In this document: positions 34,321-42,908 of the stretch, one piece after another | How the letters are laid out: each line of letters starts with the position of its first letter | How positions within the stretch are numbered: position 1 is the stretch's first letter | From: Candidatus Rokuibacteriota bacterium | GTDB taxonomy: Bacteria; Methylomirabilota; Methylomirabilia; Rokubacteriales; CSP1-6 | Reading direction: 5' to 3' | Length of the DNA: 64,000 nt | Assembly (NCBI GenBank): GCA_003220675.1 | Contig: QHTD01000055.1 | Coordinates: forward strand, 18,722 to 82,721 | Translations under genes and position numbers: made by a program | The notes under the pieces: model-generated | The model's input: the letters and a program-made list of their open reading frames with translations, nothing else | The model's database searches: none | Told to the model about the DNA's origin: nothing

Positions 34321-34359
34321 GTGAAGAAGGACACTAGCACATCGCTACCGCCCACACAA
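34319..34359 (-). promoter_or_regulatory. Candidate promoter with an overlapping Rex-box-like palindrome upstream of atpZ
   Basis: The minus strand reads TTGTGT, a 17-nt spacer, then TGC-TAGTGT (extended -10). ATGTGAAGAAGGACACTA at 34319-34336 matches TTGTGAAnnnnTTCACAA at 11 of 14 specified positions and overlaps the atpZ ATG. Confidence 0.3.
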
Positions 34360-34423
34360 GCTGGCGCAAGTGGCTGATTTTCCAGCAGCGTTTCGGCATC
34401 CTGGCCAGCCCCCTCGGCACAAC

Positions 34424-34867
34424 CTACCCGAACATCCCGCCCATGCGCTTGCCGGCGATTCGGTTGATGACGACGACGCTCACGGCCGCGACGAGAATGA
34501 GGATCGCGCCGAGCGCCGCCGCCTCGTTGGCGCTGCCGGCGATGTAGAAGGAGAAGATCCCGACGGTGAGCTTCTCGAACAGCGCCGACTCGCCGCCCCA
34601 GAAGACGTCCACCTCGGGCCTGCCCTTCCACTCGACGATGCGCCCGTAGGCCACGGGCGTTCCCGCCGGGATCGCGCTCACCTTCACCGTGACGTTCCAC
34701 TTCTCCTTCGCGTAGTCGGCGAACGCCTTGAGCGCCGCGTCGTGGATGAACTTCGACACCGGAGTGATCAGCGCCAGCTCGCTCTCGATGGGCGCCTGGG
34801 CCGCCGCGCCCACGGCCGCACCGAGCACCAGCATCAGCGGAAGCGCCAGGAGCCGGAGTCGTCGCAT
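34424..34867 (-). pseudogene. In-frame fusion remnant of an ABC transporter (binding-protein N-terminus + permease C-terminus)
   Basis: 147-aa ORF. It has a signal peptide plus a family-1 solute-binding N-terminus (...VKVSAIPAGTPVAYGRIVEWKGRPEVDVFWGGESALFEKL). This is joined to a typical permease last helix (IFSFYIAGSANEAAALGAILILVAAVSVVVINRIAGKR). Confidence 0.55.
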
Positions 34868-34878
34868 GGGTCCTCTCC

Positions 34879-36390
34879 TCATTGGGGTCGCTCGTCCGCC
34901 CAGCCCCGCGCGCGCTCCACCGCGCGGCGCCAGCCCTCGCAGCGCGCGGCGCGCGTCGCGGGGTCCATCGCGGGCGTGAACGTCCGCTCGATCGTCCAAC
35001 GCCGGCTCAGGTCGTCGAGCGATCGCCACAGGCCCGCGCCCAGCCCCGCCAGGTACGCGGCGCCGAGCGCGGTCGTCTCGATCACGCTCGGCCGCAGCAC
35101 CGCAACGTTCATGATGTCCGCCTGGAACTGGCAGAGAAAGTCGTTCGCCGCGGCGCCGCCGTCCACCCGCAGCTCCCTCACGCCGATCCCGGCGTCGGCC
35201 GCCATCGCCTCCAGCACGTCGCGGCTCTGGAAGGCGATCGCCTCGAGCGCGGCGCGCGCCAGGTGCGCGCCCGTCGTCCCGCGCGTCAGCCCGACGATCG
35301 TCCCGCGCGCGTACATGTCCCAGTACGGGGCGCCGAGCCCGACGAAGGCCGGCACGAAGTAGACGCCGGCCGTGTCGTCCACCGACCGGGCCATCGCCTC
35401 GCTCGCCGCCGCGTGCGTGAAGAGCCCGAGACCGTCGCGCAGCCACTGGATCGCCGCGCCGGCGATGAACACGCTGCCCTCGAGAGCATACGTCGTGCGG
35501 CCGCCGATCCGCCACGCGATCGTCGTGAGGAGTCCCCGCGACGAGGCCACCGGCGTGGTCCCCGTGTTGAGCAGCATGAAGCACCCGGTGCCATAGGTAT
35601 TCTTGGCCGCGCCGGGCGCGTGGCACGCCTGGCCGAAGAGCGCCGCCTGCTGGTCGCCGGCGATGCCGGTGACCGGCACGGCGCGCGGGAGCCACCCGAG
35701 GTCCGAGGTCTCGCCGAGGGTGCCCGCGGAGGGGAGAACCGCCGGCAGCACGGCGCGCGGGACCCCGAGGAGCTTCAGCATCTCGTCGTCCCAGTCTCCC
35801 GTCTTGAGGCTCAAACAGAGCGTCCGCGAGGCGTTGCTGGCATCCGTGGCGTGCACGCGGCCGCCGGTGAGCTTCCAGAGGAGCCACGCGTCCACGGTGC
35901 CGAACGCGACGTGCCCGCGCTCGGCGCGGGAGCGCGCGCCGGGGACCTCGTCGAGCACCCAGCCGATTTTGGTGCCGGAGAAGTAGGCGTCGAGGACGAG
36001 CCCGGTACGTTCTCTCACGAGCGGCTCGGCCCCCTCGGCGCGCAGGCGCTCGCAGATCGGCGCGGTCCGTCGGCACTGCCAGACGATCGCGCGGTGGAGG
36101 GGCGCGCCCGTGGCACGGTCCCAGAGGATGGTCGTCTCGCGCTGGTTGGTGATCCCGATCGCCGCCACCTCGGCGCCAGCGATGCGCGCCTCCCCGAGCG
36201 CGGCGCGCGCCGCTCGCTCGACGGTCGTCCAGATCTCCTCGGGGTCGTGCTCGACCCACCCGGGCCTCGGGAAATACTGCGGGAGCTCGGCATAGCCGCG
36301 CGCGAGGACACGGCCGTCGGGGTCGACGACCAGCGCCGTCGAGCCTGTCGTGCCCTGGTCGAGCGCGAGAACGTAGCGGCGGGCCGTCAT
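34879..36390 (-). CDS. glpK: Glycerol kinase
   Basis: 503-aa [24 protein letters not shown]...[14 protein letters not shown]... is FGGY-family GlpK. Confidence 0.97.
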   Translation of the reverse strand: MTARRYVLALDQGTTGSTALVVDPDGRVLARGYAELPQYFPRPGWVEHDPEEIWTTVERAARAALGEARIAGAEVAAIGITNQRETTILWDRATGAPLHRAIVWQCRRTAPICERLRAEGAEPLVRERTGLVLDAYFSGTKIGWVLDEVPGARSRAERGHVAFGTVDAWLLWKLTGGRVHATDASNASRTLCLSLKTGDWDDEMLKLLGVPRAVLPAVLPSAGTLGETSDLGWLPRAVPVTGIAGDQQAALFGQACHAPGAAKNTYGTGCFMLLNTGTTPVASSRGLLTTIAWRIGGRTTYALEGSVFIAGAAIQWLRDGLGLFTHAAASEAMARSVDDTAGVYFVPAFVGLGAPYWDMYARGTIVGLTRGTTGAHLARAALEAIAFQSRDVLEAMAADAGIGVRELRVDGGAAANDFLCQFQADIMNVAVLRPSVIETTALGAAYLAGLGAGLWRSLDDLSRRWTIERTFTPAMDPATRAARCEGWRRAVERARGWADERPQ

Positions 36391-36412
36391 CGATCGGGCG
36401 CGCGGCGCGCGG

Positions 36413-36490
36413 TCATCGCCCCCGCAGGCGCTTGGCGAGGCCCGGGCGGTCGGTCATCACGATATCCACGCCGAGGTCGATCCGCGTGCT
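36413..36490 (-). pseudogene. Relic C-terminal tail of a second glycerophosphodiester phosphodiesterase, in frame behind the ugpQ stop
   Basis: The 25 codons after the ugpQ TGA read [25 protein letters not shown] then stop. This parallels the ugpQ end LVELGVDVLTSDRPDVARRVLGRAP but is only about two-thirds identical at the DNA level. Confidence 0.55.
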
Positions 36491-37297
36491 TCACGGCGCC
36501 CGCCCGAGCACGCGCCTGGCCACGTCGGGGCGGTCGGAGGTGAGGACGTCCACCCCGAGCTCCACGAGCCGCCGCATCGCAGGCTCCGCGTTCACCGTCC
36601 AGACGCCCAGGAGCAGCCCGGCGGCCCGCGCCGCCTTCACGACTGCGTCGTTGACGAGCGTGTACTGGAGGCCGGCATCGGTCGCGCCGGCTGCCGACGC
36701 CCAATCGACCGCGTTCTCGGGGCGCGCGCCCGCCTGCCTGACGTGGCGGGCCGCCACGAGGAGCGCCGTGCGCTGGCCAGGGACGAGCGCGCGGATCGCG
36801 GTCACGACGTCGGGGTTGAACGCCATGATGGTCGACCGCGTCAGGAGCCCTGCCCGCCGGAGCGACGCGACCAGCCGCGCCTCGAGGCCCTCGTAGCGGG
36901 CGCCCGGTACGGCGGTGGAGCGGCGACCGCGCCGCTCGTAGCGGACGCCGAAGCCCGCGACCGGCCCCTTCACCTCGACGAGGAGCCCGGTCCGCGACGG
37001 CGCCACGAGCGCGAGCACGTCCTCGAGCGTGGGCACACGCTCGAGGGTGAGCGCGCCGTCGGGCCCCTTGAGCCGCGCGCGGCCGACCTCGGCCACGGAG
37101 CGCGCGGCGACGGGCCCGGTCGTGTCGGTCGTCCGGTCGAGCGTCGGGTCGTGGATGACCACGAGCGCGCCGTCGGCGGTCTGGTGGACGTCGAACTCGA
37201 CCAGGTCGCTCTCGAGCGCGAGTGCCTGCCGGAAGGCGAGGAGGCTGTTCTCGGGCCAGAGGGCCGCGCCACCCCGATGGGCCGCGAAGCGCGTCAT
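36491..37297 (-). CDS. ugpQ: Glycerophosphodiester phosphodiesterase
   Basis: MTRFAAHRGGAALWPENSLLAFRQAL...VEFDVHQTADGALVVIHD... are GDPD motifs. ATGA overlap with ugpE. Confidence 0.88.
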   Translation of the reverse strand: MTRFAAHRGGAALWPENSLLAFRQALALESDLVEFDVHQTADGALVVIHDPTLDRTTDTTGPVAARSVAEVGRARLKGPDGALTLERVPTLEDVLALVAPSRTGLLVEVKGPVAGFGVRYERRGRRSTAVPGARYEGLEARLVASLRRAGLLTRSTIMAFNPDVVTAIRALVPGQRTALLVAARHVRQAGARPENAVDWASAAGATDAGLQYTLVNDAVVKAARAAGLLLGVWTVNAEPAMRRLVELGVDVLTSDRPDVARRVLGRAP

Positions 37298-38172
37298 TTC
37301 TCGGTCTCGATGAGGCCCTTCACGAACCAGCGCTGCATGACCACGATCACCCCCACCGGAGGCAACAGCACCATCATCGCCGCCGCCATCGCAACGTTCC
37401 ACTCCGGCAGCTGCGAGGTTCGCGGCACCAGCGACTCGATGCCGATGACCGCCGTGCGCATCTCCGGGGTATTGGTGATCATCAGCGGCCACAGATAGTC
37501 GTTCCAGCCATAGACGAAGAGGATGACGAAGAGCGCCGCCATGTTGGCCTTCGACAGCGGCAGCAGGATCGACCAGAGGAAGCGCATGGGGTGAGCACCG
37601 TCGAGCTGGGCGGCCTCGGCCAACGAGTCCGGCATGGTCTGGTAGAACTGCCGGAAGAGGAAGGTTCCGGTCGCCGACGCCATGAGCGGTACCGTGAGCC
37701 CCCAGTAGGTGTTCACCCAGCCGAGCACGCTGATGACCTGGTAGGTCGAGACGATCCGCACGGGCACCGGGAGCATCAGCGTGACGAAGATCATCCAGAA
37801 GACGACCTGCTTGCCGCGGAAGTTGAAGTACACGATCGCGAAGGCCGAGAGCAGCGAGATGGCGATCTTGCCGAACGCCACGCCGAGCGCCACGATCGCG
37901 CTGTTGAGCAGCAGCCGACCCATGTGCGCGCGCTGCCAGGCCTCGGCGTAGTTCGAGAAGAGTGCCGTCGACGGCCACGGCCGCGGTGGCAGGCTCGTCA
38001 CCTGCGAGAGCGTCTGGGTGCTGATGACGAACGCGTAGTAGAGCGGAAACGCCAGCACGGCGACGGCCGCGAGCAGGATCGCGTGGGCGACGATCCCGCT
38101 CCAGTCGCGCGCCTTCACGCGCGATGGCGCGCCGATCGCGAGGGCGGTTGGCGGTGCGAGCGTCCGCGCCAT
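37294..38172 (-). CDS. ugpE: sn-glycerol-3-phosphate ABC transporter permease
   Basis: 292-aa polytopic ORF with an EAA loop (LAEAAQLDGAHPMRFLWSILLP), downstream of ugpA. Confidence 0.9.
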   Translation of the reverse strand: MARTLAPPTALAIGAPSRVKARDWSGIVAHAILLAAVAVLAFPLYYAFVISTQTLSQVTSLPPRPWPSTALFSNYAEAWQRAHMGRLLLNSAIVALGVAFGKIAISLLSAFAIVYFNFRGKQVVFWMIFVTLMLPVPVRIVSTYQVISVLGWVNTYWGLTVPLMASATGTFLFRQFYQTMPDSLAEAAQLDGAHPMRFLWSILLPLSKANMAALFVILFVYGWNDYLWPLMITNTPEMRTAVIGIESLVPRTSQLPEWNVAMAAAMMVLLPPVGVIVVMQRWFVKGLIETEK

Positions 38173-39053
38173 CAGTAGGTCACCCTCTTCTCGGCGAAGC
38201 GGAACTGGAAGGCGGTGAGCAGGATCACGAGCGCCATCAGGACCACCGACTGCGCCGCCGAAAAACCGAGCTGCAGCCCTTCGAAGCCGTCCTTCCACGC
38301 GCGGTAGACCAGGATCGAGGTCGCGTCGCCGGGCCCACCCTGCGTCACCGAATGGATCAGGCCGAAGGTATCGAAGAACGAGAAGGTCATGTTGAGCGTG
38401 AAAAGAAAAAACGTCACCGGCGAGAGCAGCGGGAAGGTCACCGCGAAGAAGCGCCGGATCGGCCCCGCCCCGTCGACGCTGGCGGCCTCGAGGACCGAGG
38501 CCTCGATCGCCTGCAACCCCGCCAGGTAGAAGGCCAGGTTGTAGCCGAACTGTTTCCAGATGGCGGCCATGACGATGAGCGTCATCGCCACCCAGCCCTT
38601 CAGGAACCAGTTGAACTGGTAGGCCGTGACGAATGACAGGACCCACGGCAGGATCCCGTAGGAGGGATGGAAGATGAAGAGCCAGATGATGCCGGCGATC
38701 GCGGGTGCGATGCCGTAGGGCCAGAGGAGCAGCGAACGGTAGACCGCCAGGCCGCGGATCTTCGCGTTGGCAAACGAGGCGAGCAGCAGGGCCAGCGCCA
38801 GCCCGGCGAACGTCACCACGAACGAGAACACGAAGCTGGTGAGCGCGCTCCGGAGGTAGGCGGGGTCGCGGAAGAGCCGCTCGAAGTTGGCGAAGCCGGC
38901 CCAGATGAGCCGGTCACCGAAGGGCGAGGCGCGGTAGAGCGAGAGCCGGAGCGAGTCGAAGGCGGGCCAGAAGAAGAAGGCGAGCGTGACCGCGACCTGC
39001 GGCGCCACGAGAGCGTATGGCAGCCACCGGTTCCGGAAGACGAAGCGCTTCAT
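38172..39053 (-). CDS. ugpA: sn-glycerol-3-phosphate ABC transporter permease
   Basis: 293-aa polytopic ORF with an EAA loop (VLEAASVDGAGPIRRFFAVTFPLL). Confidence 0.9.
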   Translation of the reverse strand: MKRFVFRNRWLPYALVAPQVAVTLAFFFWPAFDSLRLSLYRASPFGDRLIWAGFANFERLFRDPAYLRSALTSFVFSFVVTFAGLALALLLASFANAKIRGLAVYRSLLLWPYGIAPAIAGIIWLFIFHPSYGILPWVLSFVTAYQFNWFLKGWVAMTLIVMAAIWKQFGYNLAFYLAGLQAIEASVLEAASVDGAGPIRRFFAVTFPLLSPVTFFLFTLNMTFSFFDTFGLIHSVTQGGPGDATSILVYRAWKDGFEGLQLGFSAAQSVVLMALVILLTAFQFRFAEKRVTY

Positions 39054-39074
39054 CGCGGGTGGCCGTCCCGCCCC

Positions 39075-40385
39075 TCACTTGTAGAGCGCGGCGAACTCCT
39101 TAAGGATCTCGCCCGACTTCGCGACCGCGTCGTCCAGCCCCTGCTTCGCCGCCTTCTTGCCGCTGAAGATGTTCTCCATCTGCTCCTCGATGGCGTCGCG
39201 GACGGAGGCGAAGTTGCCAAGGCGAATGCCCTGACTGTTCGGCGTGGTCTTGCCGCCGAGCATCTGGGTGACGGCGGTGCGCTGCGACGGGTTCTTCTGG
39301 AAGTGGCCGGAGGACTCCATCGCCTTCACCGCCGCGTTGGTCAGCGGCAGATAGCCGGTGACTCCCGCCCACCACGCCTGGTTCTCGGTGGAGGCCAGGT
39401 ACTTGAAGAACTGCGCGACGCCCTTGTACTCCTCGGGCTTGGCGCCCTTCATCACCCAGAGCGTCGCGCCACCGATGATCGAGTTGCCCTGCGGGTAGCC
39501 GCTCATCCGCGGCAGCGCTCCCGTCCCCCACGTGAACTTGCCATCGGAGGCGCGCGTCAGGTTGCCGATGTAGGCGGACGAAGAGAGGAAGATACCGCAC
39601 TCGCCGCCACCCATGTTGGCCTCGGCCTTGTTTAACCGGCCGTTGTAGGTGAACCAGCCCTCCTTCGCGCCCCGCTGGAGGAGCTCCATCATCGTGACGC
39701 CAAAGGCACCGTTGATCTGAAGTCGGGTGGCGAGGCCGTCGAACCCGTTGGCGTGATCGGCAAACGGCTGGTCGTGGAGCGCGTACATGTTCTCGACCAG
39801 CGTCCACGACGGCCAGGCGGCGCTGAAGCCACACTTCGCGCCGGCGCCGGTGAGTTTCTTCGCGATTGCTTCCACCTCGTCCCAGGTGGCCGGTGGCGTG
39901 TCGGCAAGGCCCGCTTTCTTGAAGAGGTCCTTGTTGTAGAAGAGGATCGGCGTCGACGAGTTGAACGCCATCGAGTAGAGGTTGCCGGCCGTCGAGTAGT
40001 AGCTCTTGACGGGACCGATCAGGTCGTTCCAGTCGACGGCGATCCCGTTGTCCCTCATCAGCTGGAAGACCGGATACACCGCGCCCGAGGAGAGCATCGT
40101 CTGCGTGCCGACCTCGAAGACCTGCACGATGTGCGGCGGCTGCTTGGCCCGGTAGGCCGCGATGGCGGCGTTCAGCGTGTCCGGGTAGGAGCCCTTGTAG
40201 ATCGCCTTCACCTCGTACTCGTTCTGAGAGGCGTTGAACTTGGCGGCGATCTCGTTGACGCGCTCGCCGAGCACCGCGGTCATCGCGTGCCACCACTGGA
40301 TCTCGGTCCTGGCGAGCGCGGGCGCGGGAACGCCCACGAGGAGGACCACGGTCAGGACGAGGACGATGCCGGCCCGTCGCTCCAT
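39075..40385 (-). CDS. ugpB: sn-glycerol-3-phosphate ABC transporter substrate-binding protein
   Basis: Signal peptide followed by TEIQWWHAMTAVLGERVNEIAAKFNASQNEYEVKAIYKGSY..., which is UgpB-like. I chose the ATG at 40385 (GGAGG 6 nt upstream) over 40403. Confidence 0.9.
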   Translation of the reverse strand: MERRAGIVLVLTVVLLVGVPAPALARTEIQWWHAMTAVLGERVNEIAAKFNASQNEYEVKAIYKGSYPDTLNAAIAAYRAKQPPHIVQVFEVGTQTMLSSGAVYPVFQLMRDNGIAVDWNDLIGPVKSYYSTAGNLYSMAFNSSTPILFYNKDLFKKAGLADTPPATWDEVEAIAKKLTGAGAKCGFSAAWPSWTLVENMYALHDQPFADHANGFDGLATRLQINGAFGVTMMELLQRGAKEGWFTYNGRLNKAEANMGGGECGIFLSSSAYIGNLTRASDGKFTWGTGALPRMSGYPQGNSIIGGATLWVMKGAKPEEYKGVAQFFKYLASTENQAWWAGVTGYLPLTNAAVKAMESSGHFQKNPSQRTAVTQMLGGKTTPNSQGIRLGNFASVRDAIEEQMENIFSGKKAAKQGLDDAVAKSGEILKEFAALYK

Positions 40386-40436
40386 GAGAGCCTCCGTGAT
40401 CAATCACCGGTACAGGTGACGTGCCAAGTGCGCCGC

Positions 40437-40445
40437 ACTATAGCA
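40437..40445 (-). promoter_or_regulatory. Candidate extended -10 promoter element for ugpBAEQ
   Basis: The minus strand reads TGC-TATAGT about 50 nt upstream of the ugpB ATG, in the 76-nt glpD-ugpB spacer. The -35 box is weak (TAGGAC). Confidence 0.3.
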
Positions 40446-40461
40446 CACGCGCGCGACGGTC

Positions 40462-42087
40462 CTACGCCGTCTTGAACCTCTGCGAGCGCGCGACGTGGGC
40501 GCGGTAGGCGTCCAGCTCCGCCTCGAGCCGCCGCGGCGTCCAGCCGAGGAGCTGGCCCATCCGGCGTCCGATCGGCTCCGCGCAATCCGTCCCCTGGCAG
40601 CGGCTCGTGCCGATGCCCGTGCGCCGGAGCAGGAAGTCCTGCAGCGACACGGCCATCTCGTCCTGCACGGCGAGGTGAAGCTGCGCGACGATGTCGGGAT
40701 TCCGGGGGCACAGCCGGTCGGCGCCGCCGGGGACTTTGCCCGCGAGGTCGATGACGCGCGGATACGCCCGCCCGTAGAGCATCACGAGCGTCTCGAGCGT
40801 CTCGCGGGCGAGCCCCGAGCTCGCGACCTCGGCGGACACGTCGAGCCAGGTGTGCGCCTCGACGCGCCCAGGCTCCTCGTCGAGCCCGTCGAGCGTAAAC
40901 CGGTCGGTGCGCGCGGGCGCACGGCGGCCGAAGGTGCGCATGACGCGATCGCCGAGCTGGGCCGCGAGGCTCCGGAAGCAGGTGAGCTTGGTCCCCGTGA
41001 TCGACAGGAAGCGCCCGCCCGCCTCCGTCACGACCTTGTGCGCGCGCGAGACGTCGGACTCGCGCTTGCCCTCCTCGTACGAGAGCGGCCGCACACCCGC
41101 GTACGTGTAGGCGACGCTCTCCACGGCGACGCGCGGATCCGGCAGCACCCGTCGCACCTCGCCGAGGAGGTAGCTCACCTCGTCCCGCGTGGCGTGCACC
41201 CGCTCGAGGTCACCATCGAAGTCGGTGTCGGTCGTGCCGACGAGCGAGAACTCACGCCACGGGATCACGAAGATCATCCGGCCGTCGCTCGTCGAGTAGT
41301 AGACCGCGTGGTCCGTGAGCCTGGGGAGCAGGCAGTGGATGCCCTTCGTCCGGCGGACAATGCGTCGGCCGCGCTCCTGGACACCCGCGAGCGCCCGAAG
41401 CTCGTCCACCCACGGCCCCGTCGCGTTCACGAGGGCCCGCGCCCCGAGCGTCGCGACGCGGCCGGTGACGAGGTCGCGCACGCGGACGCCGGCGGGGGCG
41501 CCGCCCGGCGCGTGGACGACCTCCTCCACCTGCGCGTAGTTGAACGCGCGTGCGCCGTGCCGGCAGGCCGAAAGCACGTTCTCCAGGCAGAGGCGCTCCG
41601 GGAAGACGAGCAGGTCGTCGACGTAGTAACCCGCGCCCCGGAGGTTCTCGGCGCGGATCGCAGGCTCGAGGCTGAGCGTGTCGATCGGGCGGAGGACGCG
41701 GTACCGCTCGCGGCCCCGGCCCGGCGCGAGCCAGTCGTAGAGCGTGAGGCCGATCCGCACCTTGATGAGGCCCCGCGAGGCGTCGCGGTAGATCGGCACC
41801 AGGAACGGGAGCGGCCGGACCAGGTGGGGCGCGAGCCGGTTGAGCGTCTCGCGCTCGCGCAGAGACTCGCGCACGAGGGCGACGTCGAACAACTCGAGGT
41901 ATCGGAGCCCGCCGTGGATCAGCTTCGACGAGCGGGACGTGGTGGCCCCGGCGAAGTCGCCCTTTTCGACGAGCGCCACCGAAACGCCGCGCAGCGCAAG
42001 GTCGCGCGCGACGCCGGCGCCCGCCATGCCGCCGCCGATCACGACGACGTCGTAGTCACCGTCGGCGAGGGCAGAGGGCCGCGTCAT
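40462..42087 (-). CDS. glpD: FAD-dependent glycerol-3-phosphate dehydrogenase
   Basis: 541-aa ORF with YDVVVIGGGMAGAGVARDLALRG (FAD fold), ...SSKLIHGGLRYLE... and a GlpD C-terminal domain. Confidence 0.93.
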   Translation of the reverse strand: MTRPSALADGDYDVVVIGGGMAGAGVARDLALRGVSVALVEKGDFAGATTSRSSKLIHGGLRYLELFDVALVRESLRERETLNRLAPHLVRPLPFLVPIYRDASRGLIKVRIGLTLYDWLAPGRGRERYRVLRPIDTLSLEPAIRAENLRGAGYYVDDLLVFPERLCLENVLSACRHGARAFNYAQVEEVVHAPGGAPAGVRVRDLVTGRVATLGARALVNATGPWVDELRALAGVQERGRRIVRRTKGIHCLLPRLTDHAVYYSTSDGRMIFVIPWREFSLVGTTDTDFDGDLERVHATRDEVSYLLGEVRRVLPDPRVAVESVAYTYAGVRPLSYEEGKRESDVSRAHKVVTEAGGRFLSITGTKLTCFRSLAAQLGDRVMRTFGRRAPARTDRFTLDGLDEEPGRVEAHTWLDVSAEVASSGLARETLETLVMLYGRAYPRVIDLAGKVPGGADRLCPRNPDIVAQLHLAVQDEMAVSLQDFLLRRTGIGTSRCQGTDCAEPIGRRMGQLLGWTPRRLEAELDAYRAHVARSQRFKTA

Positions 42088-42899
42088 GTCGTGTGAACAA
42101 GCTCCCGGACCGATCCTAGCACGGCGTCGGGCGCGATCTCGGCGATGCGCGGGTCGTCGGCGCGCGTGACCCCGCTGAGCACGAGGACGGTCGCGAGCCC
42201 GAGGCGCTTGCCCATCACCATGTCCGTCTCGACGCGGTCACCGACCATCGCGCACTCGCCCGCCGGCAGGCCGAGCCGCTCGAGCGCCACCTCGAGGATG
42301 ATCGGTGACGGCTTGCCGACGATGACCTCGACGCGAGCGGCCGTCACGGCCTCGACGGCCGCGATCATGCCCGCGCAATCCGGGATTTCGCCCTCCTCGG
42401 TCGGGCACGTCCGGTCGGGGTTGGTCGCGATCAGGCGCGCGCCGCCCCGCACCGCCTGGAGCGCCGTGCAGAGCTTCGCATAGTCGAAGGTGCGGTCGAA
42501 CGCGATCGCGACCCAGCGGACGCGCGCGTCTGTGCGGACCTCGAAGCCGTGGGCGCGGAGCTCGGCGACGAGCGGCGGCTCCCCGATCACGAACACCGGG
42601 GCGCCCGGATCGAGGCGGCGCAGGTGGCGCGCCAGCACGAGCGAGGAGTTGATCACGTCGTCCGCGACGGCGGGGATCCCCAGGCGCGTCAATTTCTCTG
42701 CGTAGCCGGCGCGCGTGTCGAGCGGCTTGTTGGAGAGGAACGCCACCCGCCGCCCAGCCGCGCGGAGCGCCGCGATCGTCTCGGCGGCGCCCGGGATCAG
42801 CGCCTCGCCCCGGTACACGGTGCCATCGAGGTCGAAGAGCCAGCCGCGGTGCGGCAGTTTGAAGGACGCGGAGCGCGTGGCTCGGACCCGCGGGTTCAT
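42084..42899 (-). CDS. HAD-IIA family phosphatase (NagD-like)
   Basis: 271-aa ORF with WLFDLDGTVY (DxDGT), ...FLSNK..., and ...VGDRVETDM. Confidence 0.8.
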   Translation of the reverse strand: MNPRVRATRSASFKLPHRGWLFDLDGTVYRGEALIPGAAETIAALRAAGRRVAFLSNKPLDTRAGYAEKLTRLGIPAVADDVINSSLVLARHLRRLDPGAPVFVIGEPPLVAELRAHGFEVRTDARVRWVAIAFDRTFDYAKLCTALQAVRGGARLIATNPDRTCPTEEGEIPDCAGMIAAVEAVTAARVEVIVGKPSPIILEVALERLGLPAGECAMVGDRVETDMVMGKRLGLATVLVLSGVTRADDPRIAEIAPDAVLGSVRELVHTT

Positions 42900-42908
42900 C
42901 CCTCGGCG

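Noticed and set aside
36491-36493. The ugpQ TGA as a selenocysteine or programmed readthrough codon.
   Set aside because: There is no SECIS-like hairpin immediately downstream. The extension only duplicates the protein's own last helix, so a relic is the simpler explanation.
40409-40427. A sigma54-type promoter (TGGCAC N5 CTGT) upstream of ugpB.
   Set aside because: The -12 element lacks the conserved GC (it reads CTGT instead of TTGC). It is a single weak match with no activator gene nearby.
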